A stretch of 64,000 bases of DNA from NCBI RefSeq assembly GCF_963921235.1, contig NC_086108.1, forward strand, positions 10,850,001 to 10,914,000, read 5' to 3'. The notes beneath the pieces are model-generated. The model was given only the letters and a program-made list of their open reading frames with translations. It did not search any database and was not told the origin of the DNA. Made by a program: the position numbers and the translations under genes. Source of the stretch: Mobula hypostoma (lineage: Eukaryota). Below, in pieces: positions 37,463 to 49,735 of the stretch. Every line of letters starts with the position of its first letter. Positions within the stretch are counted from its first letter, which is position 1.

Positions 37463-39985
37463 GACTGTTTAATTCTCCTCGTTAGATACTGCCTGATCTG
37501 CTGAGTCCAAAGTAAATCTTATTATCTAAGTAGCTGGTGCGCAGGCATGGGAAGTGTCAGAGGCTTCGGCACCACGAAATGTGATGAGTTCTTTCTCATG
37601 GTGTGGGGGCTTTTAAACTATAAAAGGGAGATAGGATCTAGTGGAGCGGCCATCACTGGAGCGGCTATCGTCGGGGTGGGGCTAGAATCAGAGTGGGAAC
37701 TTAAAGGCTTCAACGAGAAGAGGCTGAGGCCAAAGAAACCGGTAAGAAGGGTTTTTCTTTTCATTGTTTGGTCTTGGTTGCCCATGGTTCAGTGCAGATG
37801 GGATGGCAGATATGGCAGTGGAATGCTCCTCCTGTAGGATGTGGGAATTTGTCGAATCTGATCGTCTCCCTGATGACCACACCTGCGAGAATAGAGCCAA
37901 CTCCAGCTCCTGAAAGATGTCATTAAGGAGCTGGAGCTGGATGAACTAAGGATCATCCGGGAGGCAGGGCAATTGATAGATAAGACATCTGAGCATGTGG
38001 TTACACCCAGAGTGCAGAATGCAGGGAGTAGGTGGGTGAACACCGAGAGAGTGAAGGGAGAAGGAAGTCAGCGCAGGGTCCCCTGTGGCCATTCCCCTCA
38101 GTAACAGCTATACCCCTTTGGATACTGCTGAGGGGGATGACCTATCCGGACAAGGCAACAGCAGCCAGACCAATAGCACTGTGGTCAGCTCTGAGCCTTG
38201 GAAAGGTAGGGTGAAGTCAGGTGGAACAATAGTGATAGGGGACTTGATAGTCAGGGGGACAGATAGCAGATTCTGTGGAAGCAAAGCGATGCCAGGATAG
38301 TCTGCTGCCTCCCAGGTGCTAGGGTCCAGGATGACTCTGAGTGGTTGCAGAATATTCTTGAAGGGGAGGGTGAGCAGCCAGAAGTCATGGTGCAAATTGG
38401 TACCAATGACGTAGGAAGGAGAAGGATAGAAGTCTTGTGCAGTAAGTTTAGGGAGTTAGGAAGAAGATTGAAGAGCTGGACTTCTAAGGTGGTAATCTCC
38501 AGATTACTCCCAGTGCAACAAGCCAGGGAAAGTCAGAACAGGAAGATAGCGCAGATGAATGAGTGTCTGAGGGAGCAGGGTTTGAAGTTCTTGGAACATA
38601 GGAACTTTTTCAGGAGAAGCAGTGACCTGTACGAGTAGGACAGGTTGCACCTGAACTGGTGGGGAACCAATATCCTGAGACGGAGGTTTGTTAATGCTAC
38701 TGGGGAGGGTTTAAACTAGATTTGCGGGGATTGGGGGTGGGAACCAAAGTGAAGAGGGAGAGGATGGGGCATTTGGTGCACAAGTAGAGACAGCTTGTAG
38801 GGAGCTTGAGAAGAAGGATAGGCAGACGATAGAGCAATGATGCATTAAGCCAAATAGTTTAAGGTGTGTCTATTTTAATGCAAGGAGTATCATAAACAAG
38901 GTGGATGAACTTAGAGCATGGATCAATACGTGGAACTATGATGTTGTGGCTATTACAGAGACTTGGATGTCTCGGGCAGGAATGGCTGCTGTGTGTGCCG
39001 GGCTTTAGATGTTTCAAAAAGGACAGGGAGGGAGGCAAAAGAGGTGGGGGTGTGGCATTGCTGATCAGGGATAGTATCACAGCTGCAGAAAAGTAGGAAG
39101 TCATGGACGGATTGTCTACTGAGTCAGTGGGGTGGAAATCAGAAACAGGAAGGGGACAATAACTCTACTGGGTGTTTTTATAGAACCCCTCCCCCAACAG
39201 GGGGGCATCAAGAAGCAGATAGGGAGACAGATTCTGAAATGATGCAATAATAATAGGGTTGTTTTGATGGGTGATTTTAACTTTCTTAATATTGACTTGC
39301 ATTTCCTTAGAGCAAGGGGTTTGGATGGGGTGGAGTTTGTTAGGTGTGCTCAGGAAGGTTTCCTGATGCAATATGTAGATAAGTCAACTCGAGGAGAGGC
39401 TGTACTTGATCTGGTATTGGGAAATGAACCTGGTATGGTGTCAGATCTCTTCAGGGAACATTTGCATGGCATTCTGCATAGGTATCGAGGCAGAGAAAGG
39501 ATGGTAGGGTTAAAGAACCATGGTGTACAAAGTATGTGGAAAATCTAGTTAAGCAGAAAAGAAAAGGTTACAAAAGGTTCAAGAAACTAGGTACAGTTAG
39601 AGCTCTAGAAAATTGCAAGGTTGCCAGCAAGGAGCTTAAGAATGAAATTAGGAGAGCTAGAAGGGGCCACGAGAAGGCCTTGGCAAGCGGGATTAAGGAA
39701 AACCCCAAGGCATTCTACAAGTATGTGAGGAGCAAAAGGATGTGCCATGTGAGAATAGGACCAATCAAGTGTGATAGTGGAAATGTGTGCACGGAGTCCG
39801 AAGAGGTAACGGAGGCACTTAGTGAATACTTTGCTTCAGTATTTACCAAAGAAAAAGACCTTGGCAATTGTGGGAATGACTTACAGTGGACTGAAATGCT
39901 TGAGCATATAAACATTAAGAAAGATGTGGTGGAGCATTTGAAAAGCATTAAGTTAGATAAGTCGCTGGGAATGGATGAGATATAC

Positions 39986-40561
39986 GTGCCTTACGTCTGT
40001 GGTGGGAAAGCTGTTGGAAAAGATTCTTAGAGATAATATCTCTGGGCACTTAGAGAATCATGGTCTGATCAGGGACCGTCAGCATGGCTTTGTGAAGGGC
40101 AGATCATGTCTAACAAGCCTGATAGAGTTCTCTGAGGAGGTGACCAGGCATATAGATGAGGGTAGTACAGTGGATGTGATCTACATGGATTTTAGTAAGG
40201 CATTTGACAAGGTTCCACACGGTAGGCTTATTCAGAAAGTCAGAAGGCATGGGATCCAGGGAAGTTTGGCCTGGTGGATTCAGAATTGGCTTGCCTGCAG
40301 GAGGAAGAGGGTCATGGTGGAGGGAGTACATTCAGGTTGGAGGATTGTGACTAGTGGTGTCCCACAAGGATCTGTTCTGGTTGGTGCATGGAATGCACTG
40401 CCTGAGTCAGTGGTGGAGGCAGATACACTAGTGAAGTTTAAGAGACTACTAGACAGGTATATGGAGGAATTTAAGGTGGGGGCTTATATGGGAGGCAGGG
40501 TTTGAGGGTCGGCACAACATTGTGGGCCGAAGGGCCTGTACTATTCTATGTTCTATGTTCA
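39986..40561 (+). mobile_element. 5'-truncated, internally deleted CR1 inserted in the CR1
   Basis: ATAC duplicated at 39982-39985 and 40562-40565; protein jumps from GVPQGSVL directly to VGAWNALP; (TTCTATG)n tail. Confidence 0.85.
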
Positions 40562-40801
40562 ATACCCCAGGCTAATGTGGGAAATGAGAGAGGAGATTGC
40601 TGAGCCTCTGGCGATGATTTTCGCGTCATCAATAGGGACATGAGAAGTACCAGAGGACTGGAAGATTGCAAATGTTGTTCCCTTGTTCAAGAAAGGGTGT
40701 CATGGTCCGGTCCGCGAAGTCCGCATTCCGGTTCACAGTCTGGTCCATCGATCCGTATTCCAGGTTTTCCGGTTTTCCCTTGACCTGTTGTGTGCCTTAA
40801 T

Positions 40802-41460
40802 TCAGACCACGGCCACTCGGAAATGATATCGTATTTGTTAAATAGGGGCCATGCACAATCCTGATTTGATGGAGACAGACGTGAGAAGCACAGAGGAACA
40901 TCTGGAGGAACTTCTGAAATGCCTGCTTCACTGCCACTGCTACTGTGTGATCGAGAATCTCCAGAGGAGAAGGCCCCAAATCCTCGGCTTTGCCTATTGC
41001 ATGTTGCTGGGGCTTGGATCGAAGTGCTCGGCAGAGATGGTGCTTGATGCTCGGTGTCAGAGGGCTGGTCGGAGGTTCGAAGTTTTCGGACGGACTCAAG
41101 AGTCGGACTGTGGTCAGGTGCTTCCAGGATTCTGCATCGGCAAGTCTGCGGCGCTGAAGGTTCATAGCAGGAAGAGAGATTTTCTTCCTCCTACCGCCTG
41201 CGTGAGATGATGGGACTTTCAAGAGACTTTGAGACTTTTTTTACCATGCCCATGGTCTGTTCTTTATCAAATTACGGTATTGCTTTGCACTGTTGTAACT
41301 ATATGTTAAAATTATGTGGTTTTTGCCAGTTTTTTAAGTCTTGGTTTGTCTTGTATTTCTGTGATATCATTCTGGAGGAACATTGTATCATTTCTTAATG
41401 CATGCATTACTAAATGACAATAAAGGAGGACTGCGTGTCCTCATGTTCTAATCTAATCTA
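40802..41460 (+). mobile_element. Non-coding retroposon 3' end with (TCTAA)n tail inside the 5' LTR
   Basis: Interrupts LTR sequence that is continuous in the copy at 41622; ends AATAAA...ctaatctaatcta. Confidence 0.7.
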
Positions 41461-41788
41461 ATGATCTCATTTCGGGCTGGCTACATAAACAGCTCCTGGG
41501 TTCAGCTTCAGTTGCTGGACTGTTCCCTTCTCTTCCCCTTCCTTCTGAAGCTTCACCTGCTAGTCCTGGAGAGCCTGTTCGGTTGCCAGGTGGCTCCATG
41601 GTGGGGGGACGGGGGTAATACTGTCATGGCGCGGTCAGTGAGGTCCGCATTCCGGTTCACGGTCCGGTCCATCGATCCGTATCCCGGGTTTTCCAGTTTT
41701 CTCTTGTCCTGTTGTGTGCCTTAATTGAGGCACGTGAGTCTCATTTTGGGCTGGCTACATAAACAGCTCCTGAGTTCAGTTTCAGTTG

Positions 41789-44700
41789 GGGTTGGTGGTG
41801 GGCAGTTGGAAGCGGGGGTGGTCTGCGAGCTGCTGGCGGTGGGATTCTGGCTGTGCTTGGCTTGCGGCTGGTTTTTGGGCTGGCTGGACTTGCTGAAGAG
41901 CCGCTGGAACTGCTGGGGTGTTGTGGGGGACATTCTGTGAGAATATTGACCGATGGCCTGAATAGGTCCGGAACGATATTTGTACACGGTTCCTTGCAAA
42001 CTCTGATGGGATGGCAGGGAGGGAGACTGATGGTGACAGCAATAGCACGGAGTTTGAGTGGGGAGAGGGACTCAGAACAGGAAGGTGATGGGTCGGAAGA
42101 GAAAGAAAAGAGGTGGGTCTAGTGCAGGTGGATCGGAAAGTGAGGGAAGAGAAGTTGAGGAGAAGGGCCCGAGGGCAAAATTGCTAAATGTAGTGGTAAG
42201 ATTTGAGGGGGAGGGGGGAGTAAAGAAAATCGATCTGCTTTAACTAACAAAAATCATTAGAGGACAAGTAGGGGAAGTGAGCCACGTGAGAATTTTAGGA
42301 GATGGAAACCTGCTGATAGGATGTAAAACTGAAGAGCAGATGGAGAAGGCAATGAAGGTGACTAATGTTGGGAAAGTCGAAGTGTCCAGGGTTGTAAGAG
42401 TTGGAGCACAAAGGGTCAATGGTTGCAAGGGGGTGATCTCCAGGTTTCCCCTCAGTGTTAATATGAAGGAGCTAGTGGAGAACTTGAGGGTGAGGAATGG
42501 TTCAGTGAAGAGTGTGAAAAGAATGACAAGGGGAGCAGAGAAAAGGAGACTGAAACTGTTCTGGTAGAATTTGAGGATAAGGTGCCTCCAAAGGAGTTAT
42601 ATTTTGGATTTCTAAGATACAATGTAAGAGAATATATACCAAAACCTATGAGGTGTTTCAATTGCCAGGAGTTTGGGCATGTGGCCAAAGTGTGCAAAGG
42701 AAAGAGAAGATGTGCAAGGTGTGGTGGGGAACATGAATACGGAAAACGTGAAGAGGGAGTGAGGCCAAAGTGCTGTAATTGTGGAGGTAACTGTAGTGTA
42801 GCATACTGGGGGTGTGAAGTGTTGAAAAAAGAGGTGGAGGTGCAGCAGATAAGGGTGAAGGAAAAAGTCTCATATGCTGAGGCAGTCAAGTTGGCAGGAC
42901 AGAAGAAATTGAATGAGGGAGAATGTAGCAAAGAGCAAGCGGCAAGATAAGAAGAATGTATGGATAGAGAAGAAGAAATTGGTGACCTTTATAGCAGGAG
43001 TGGTAAACGCAAGTTATGAGATCAAATCTAAAACTGAAAGGATTCAGATTATTGTGAAAGCTGCAGAGCACCATTTGGATATGATAGGATTAAAATGGGA
43101 AGAAGTAAACAATGAACTCAGGGTACAGTCAAGTCAAGAGGCAGTATGTGTGGTTGATATTACTAATGATGCTACTTCTTCAATGGAATGCAAGAAGCCT
43201 GATTGCTAATGGACAAGATTTCAAGCAGCTTATAGCTAGTAGGAGAGAAAAGCCAGATGTTGTGTGCATCCAGGAGACCTGGTTAAAATCTAATTTAGAT
43301 TTTGTTTTATATGGTTATAAGGTGAGACAGAAGATAGGGGGGGGAGGAGGATGTGCAACTTATGTAAAGCAAGGTATTCCTTATAGAATACTAGGTATAG
43401 GAAGTGAACAAGAGTATGTGGTCGTAAAAGTATGGGCTGAAAGGAAAGGGTTAGCCTAACGTCGGTGGTGGGGAAACTGCTGGAGTCAGTTATCAAAGAT
43501 GTGATAACAGCACATTTGGAAAGCGGTGAAATGATTGGACAAAGTCAGCATGGATTTGTGAAAGGAAAATCATGTCTGACGAATCTCATAGAATATTTTG
43601 AGGATGTAACCAGTAGAGTGGATAGGGGAGAACCAGTGGATGTGGTATATTTGGATTTTCAAAAGGCTTTTGACAAGGTCCCACACAGGAGATTAGTGTG
43701 CAAACTTAAAGCACACGGTATTGGGGGTAAGGTATTGGTGTGGGTGGAGAATTGGTTAGCAGACAGGAAGCAAAGAGTGGGAATAAACGGGACCTTTTCA
43801 GAATGGCAGGCGGTGACTAGTGGGGTACCGCAAGGCTCAGTGCTGGGACCCCAGTTGTTTACAATATATATTAATGACTTGGATGAGGGAATTCAGCATC
43901 TCCAAGTTTGCGGATGACACGAAGCTGGGTGGCAGTGTTAGTAGTGAGGAGGATGCTAAGAGGATGCAGGGTGACTTGGATAGGTTGGGTGAGTGGGCAA
44001 ATTCATGGCAGATGCAATTTAATGTGGATAAATGTGAAGTTATCCACTTTGGTGACAAAAATAGGAAAACAGATTATTATCTGAATGGTGGCCGATTAGG
44101 AAAAGGGGAGGTGCAACGAGACCTGGGTGTCATTGTACACCAGTCATTGAAAGTGGGCATGCAGGTACAGCAGGCGGTTAAAAAGGCGAATGGTATGCTG
44201 GCATTTATAGCGAGAGAATTCGAGTACAGGAGCAGGGAGGTACTACTGCAGTTGTACAAGGCCTTGGTGAGACCACACCTGGAGTATTGTGTGCAGTTTT
44301 GGTCCCCAAATCTGAGGAAAGACATCTTTGCCATAGAGGGAGTACAAAGAAGGTTCACCAGATTGATTCCTGGGATGGCAGGACTTTCATATGAAGAAAG
44401 ACTGGATGAACTGGGCTTGTACTTGTTGGAATTTAGAAGATTGAGGGGGGATCTGATTGAAACGTATAAAATCCTAAAGGGATTGGACAGGCTAGATGCA
44501 GGAAGATTGTTCCCGATGTTGGGGAAGTCCAGAATGAGGGGTCACAGTTTGAGGATAGAGGGGGAGCCTTTTAGGACCGAGATTAGGAAAAACTCCTTCA
44601 CACAGAGAGTGGTGAATCTGTGGAATTCTCTGCCACAGGAAACTGTTGAGGCCAGTTCATTGGCTATATTTAAGAGGGAGTTAGATATGGCCCTTGTGGC

Positions 44701-47700
44701 TACGGGGGTCAGGGGGTATGGAGGGAAGGCTGGGGCGGGGTTCTGAGTTGGATGATCAGCCATGATCATAATAAATGGCGGTGCAGGCTCGAAGGGCCGA
44801 ATGGCCTACTCCTGCACCTATTTTCTATGTTTCTATGTTTCTATTATAATCCATGCAAAAGACTAGAGTTAAACAAGCTTGAGGAGATAGAAGGGCAGAA
44901 TAGTAATAACGTTGTTTGGTGTGGTGATTTTAATGGACATAATGTATTATGGGGGAGTGACAGAACAGACATCAATGGTCAGGTAATAGAGGAGTTGCTA
45001 GATGAGAAGTATTTAATGCGCCTAAATGATGGCAGTGGTACTAGAATTGATGTTAATACAGGTAAAGAATCTGTGCTTGATCTTACATTAGTACCAATCT
45101 CCATTGCATCAGTGTGTGATTGGTTAGTGTACCAAGAAGGAATTGTAGGGAGTGATCATTACCCAGTCTGGTGCAAGATAAATATTTCCGCCTCATTGGT
45201 CACAGAGAATACAGGTGGGAAATGGATCCTTGAGAAAGCCATTTGGGAGAAATTTCTGGAAAAAAGTGATAGATATCTAAGTCAGGTCAGTCATGGAATG
45301 GACATAGAAACACTTGACAGCATATTAAAACAAGGTGTAATATCAGCTGCATTAGAATCCATTCCTAAAAGTAAAGGAAGAATAAAGAAGTGAGTAATAC
45401 CATGGTGGGATGATAATTGTAAGGAAGCAGTGAGAAATAGAAATAAGGCATTTAAACTGGTTAAAAGAAATCATGATTCAGTACAAACAATCTCAGGCAG
45501 TAGTAAGGAGGACAATAAGACATGCTAAAAGGACGCACTGGAGAAAGTATTGTGATTTAATCAGGAACACAACTCAAGTAGGGGAGGTGTGGGGGATGAT
45601 AAAAAGGACAGGACGGGACAGGAGAGAGTGGAGGTGCCCAGCTCTGGTTGATGGAAATGTGACTGCAGTAACAAATAAGGAAAAGGCAGAGTTGTTGACA
45701 AACACTTTTGTTACGGTACATAGTTCCGATAATTTGTCTGAGAAGGGAAGAAGAGGTAGAGAGAGAACAAAAGCTGAAAATATGGAGGCTTTATGTTGGA
45801 AAACTAACCTTGACAGTGTGCGAGATGTTCCTTTCAGCATGGGAGTATTAAGAAAGGCACTAGATAAAACAGGAAAGACTGCGCCAGGTAAAGATGAAAT
45901 GTGTTATAGTATGACAAAACACTTGAGTGAAGGAAGTCTGGAGAAACTACTGCTTCTGTATAACAAAGTCTGGGATGAAGGGAGAATATCAGGGAGCTGG
46001 AAAGAGGCAATAATTATTCCAATAAGGAAATCTGGGAAAGATGCCGGCAGGCCAGGAAAGTACCAGACAATTGCCTTGACGTCACGTATGTAAACTTATG
46101 GAACGTATGATAAATGAGAGGTTAGTGTTTCTTGGAAAGTAGAGGTATGGTGGCTACGTATCAAAGCGGGTTCAGGAAAGGAAGGAATTCTATGGATCCA
46201 GTGTTGTGTCTAGAGGATGAAATAAGAATAGCTCAAGTAAATAAAGAGACAGAGGTTGCAGTTTTCTTTTGATGTTGAGAAAGCTTATGATATTTAATGG
46301 AAAGAGGGGCTCCTAATCAAGCTACATTTAATGGGAATCAGGGGGAGGGGCGATGTTCAATTGGGTTAAGGACCTTCTAAATGGGAGAACTATTCAGGTA
46401 AAGATAGGATCAGAGCTATCAAGCCAGTATGTTATAGAAAGCAGGATGCCTCAGGGGAGTGTAGTGAGTCCAACTTTATTCTCCATTTTGATAAATGATA
46501 TATTCATAAATATTCCAATGGAATTGGGGAGGTCATTGTTTGCAAATGACGGGGCTTTGTGGAAAAGAGGGAGAAATATTGAACATATAGTTACGAAAAT
46601 GCAAGATGGAATTAATCAAGTTGCAGAGTGGGGGATAAAGTGGGGTGTTAAATTTTCAGTGGAGAAGACAAAAGCCATGTTCTTTACAAGGAAAAGGTTC
46701 AGGGGACTTAATTTGAATCTGTATGGAAGTAACCTGGAGAGAGTTGAAAGTTTTCAGTTTTTGGAAGTGCACTTTGACTTGAGATTAACATGGAAAGAAC
46801 ATGTTAGATATGCAGTTACTAAATGTAAAACTGTGATAAATGTCACGAGGTGGCTTTCTGGATTGGAATGGGGTGCTGATTTTGCATCACTGAAGTATAT
46901 TTATGTAGCATTAATAAGATCAAGATTAGACTATGGAAGTATTCTATACAGGTCAGCAGCAAAATCTGCGCCAGCAGAACAGGATATCGTGCAAGCTCGG
47001 GCTCCAAGAGTGTGCTTGGGAGTGGTTAGAACTTCCCCAGTGTGTGCACTGCAAATTGAAGCAAATGAAATGCCATTGGGGCTGTGGCGTAAACAGCTGG
47101 AGGCTAATTACTGGATTAATTTAAGGGGGCATGGTGATAGCCATGCTACAAAAAGGGTATTGCAGACATGCTGGGAGAAGGAGAGGTCACAAAAAGAAAG
47201 TTTTGGATAGACAGGAGAGCAAACAGCAAAAGATATGGGTGTATACGATAAAAGGTTTTGTCCAAGTGTGGTGTGGCCTGTCAGATCTTTCTGGGTATTA
47301 GAAAATCCCTCTGTAGATTTGGAATTGCTTAAGATTAAACACAGTAATAAGATGGCTGATATACTCAATGAATATCATAGTTATAGGGAATGTAAATATA
47401 AAGGCATACAGATTTTTACAGATGGATCAAAGGATCCAGAAACAGGTGCCACAGGATCTGCAATTGTTGTGCCAAGTTATCAAGTGGAAATTAGCAAGAG
47501 AACACCTGATTGCTTGAGTGTGTATGCAGTTGAAATGTTTGCCATATTGTTAGCACTAGAATGGAGTGAGCAGGTTGATTGTAATAATATTGTGATATGT
47601 AACGATTATGTATCGGCCCTTGCAAGCATTAAGGCGGGTGCAGCTAGAGGTCACCAGGATCTGCTTTATGAAATTCTGTTTGCAAATTCAGGTCTGGCTA

Positions 47701-48346
47701 GACAAGGCAAAAATATCGCATTTATGTGGGTTCCAGCACATTCGGGTATTATGGGAAACAAGACAGCAGATAGGCTGGCAAAAGCAGCAATTAAAAAAGG
47801 ATCTATAGAGGTCAATATTAAACTATCAAAATCAGAGGGGAAGAACATAGTGTGGAGAAGGATAAATCAACAGTGGCAGCAGAATTGGGATACAGCAATA
47901 AAAGGAAGACATTTACATTCAATTCAGAACAGAGTAGATATGGGAAGAAGTAGGGGCAAGTAATTATAAGTAGACTGAGAATTGGGCACAGCAACCTTAA
48001 TGGCACTCTGGCCATCATAAATAAGCATCCAACAGGTTTTTGAGATCTATGTCAGGAGATTGAAACAGTAGAGCAAATCCTTTTTTCATGCAGGAAATTT
48101 GCACAGGAAAGGCAACAAATGTTACAACAATTACGCAAAATAGGACTGGGAGAGAACAGTGTTAAAGGTTTATTGGAATGTGGGGAGAGTGATCAGGGGA
48201 GGAAATGGTTATTTAGTTTTTTAAGGGCGACGGGACTGGAAAGATGGCTTTAAAATGAATGGACAATGAGGGACAATAAATCCTGAAGATGACAATAATG
48301 CAACAGTGTGGATGCCAACTGCCGTAAAAACTCGAAGAAGAAGAAG

Positions 48347-48374
<28 letters not shown>
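41789..48374 (+). mobile_element. Full-length decayed Nimb/I-group LINE
   Basis: ORF1 CCHC knuckles (RCFNCQEFGH..C, CARCGGEH, CCNCGG); ORF2 from 43166 QWNARS..QETWL, GDFN, SDH (APE), PQGSVVSP, FAND (RT), IFTDGSK..WVPAHSGIMGN..AD (RNase H); (GAA)n tail; TSD AGTTTCAGTTG at 41778-41788 and 48375-48385. Confidence 0.9.
43449..44844 (+). mobile_element. Young 5'-truncated CR1 inserted in the Nimb APE domain
   Basis: RT ([31 protein letters not shown]) through the C-terminus with one frameshift near 43890; (TTTCTATG)n tail; Nimb APE resumes as YNPCKRLEL. Confidence 0.95.
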
Positions 48375-48377
<3 letters not shown>

Positions 48378-49605
48378 TTCAGTTGCTGGACAGTTACCTC
48401 CCTTTCACCTTCCTTCTGAAGCCTCACCTGCTACCTTCGCCTGAAGCCTCACCTGCTACCTTCGCCTGAAGCCTCGCCAGCTATCTTTGCCTGTGTCCCC
48501 ACCTGTAACGCCGTCAGGTTCAACCGCCAGGGCAAGATCGGGGCCTTGTTGTGTCTAGATAAGGAACTGTCTTTCGTTGTTTGGAACTGTCTCTTTGTGC
48601 CCTTACCTCTGCTGTGTAGGTCCGGCAGTTTGCCGCTACCTTGAGTGGAGATCTGTCTCTCAGTGTTCTGTGTATGAATCCAGGCCCTACGTCCTGCTCC
48701 CTAGGAGGGGTTCTGACTCTGTGTAGAGCCTCGGCCCCAAGTCCTGTTCCCAAGGAGGGGTCCCGGCTCTGTGTTCCATGTCCCTGTTCTCCCTCGACCA
48801 AGGCTCTGTGCTCCTGTTCTCCCTCGACCAAGGCTCTGCGTTCCTGTCCTCCCTCGACCAAGGCTCTGCGTTCCTCTTCTCCCTCGACCACGTCAAGGCC
48901 TCGTGTTCTTGTCCTGTCCATATGCCTCCCCCAGCCTGGTGCTGGGGTTCCCTCATCCTGTCCAGGAGTCTCACGTCCAGTCCTGTTGCCACTCTTCATC
49001 CTGTAGCCACATCTTGTCCTTGCCTGGAGTCCAAGACCCAGGTCCCTGTCTAGTCTCTGGCTTGGAGTCCTTGTCCAGGTTCCAAGTTTCTTGTTCCTCG
49101 TCCAGGTCCCGTTTTCCTAGTCTAGTCCTTGCCCAGACCCTGTATCCTAGTCTCCTCCAGGGCCTGTGTCATATCCAGGGTCGTGTCTTCCTCACTCCCC
49201 TTGCCTTCTTGACACACCTAGTCCTATTCCTTGTACTTCAGTGTCTGTGTCTTGCATTTGGGTCCGCCACCAATGCCCCCTTATGACAAAAGGAGCAGAA
49301 AGAACCCAGGAAATTATAGACCAGTGAGTCTTACTTCAGTGGCGGGCAAGCTGTTGGAGAAGATCCTGAGAAACATAAGCATTATGAGCATTTGGAGAGA
49401 CATATTCTGATTAGGAGTAGTCAGCATGGCTTTGTCAAGGTCAAGTTGTGCCTTATGAGCCTGATTGAATCCTTTGAGGATGTAACAAAATACATTGATG
49501 AAGGTAGAGCAGTGGATATAGTGTACATGGATTTCAGTAAGCAATTGATAAGCTTCCCCATGCAAGAATCATTCAGAATGTAAGAAGACATGAAATCCAA
49601 GGGGA

Positions 49606-49734
49606 AAAACGAGGAAATCTGCAGATGCTGGAATTTCAAGCAACACACATCAAAGTTGCTGGTGAACGCAGCAGGCCAGGCAGCATCTCTAGGAAGAGGT
49701 ACAGTCGATGTTTCGGGCCGAGACCCTTCGTCAG
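49606..49734 (-). mobile_element. Short Penelope pLTR insert in the CR1 RT
   Basis: AGGGGA at 49600-49605 and 49733-49738; about 4 differences over 94 nt from 62263-62356. Confidence 0.85.
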
Positions 49735-49735
49735 G
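49702..49735 (-). ncRNA. Minimal hammerhead ribozyme core, 5' arm of stem I missing
   Basis: Minus strand reads C CTGACGA AGGGTCTCGGCCC GAAA CA TC GACTG: CUGANGA, stem II, GAAA and the UH site are present. Confidence 0.75.

Larger units (their letters stand above)
40698..49288 (+). mobile_element. Internally deleted two-LTR retroelement (Gypsy-like)
   Basis: TGTCAT...ATGACA termini; TSD AAGGG/AAAGG; the LTR start is repeated at 41622 just after a polypurine tract (41601-41615). Confidence 0.85.

Noticed and set aside
43820..45393. Fused RT-endonuclease ORF in unusual order
   Set aside because: Explained by a CR1 inserted in the Nimb APE domain
48221..48427. Poly-leucine ORF
   Set aside because: Antisense of the Nimb (GAA)n tail
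49702..49735. Active ribozyme at this locus
   Set aside because: The 5' arm of stem I is replaced by CR1 sequence and stem III reads ACAU, so self-cleavage is not expected
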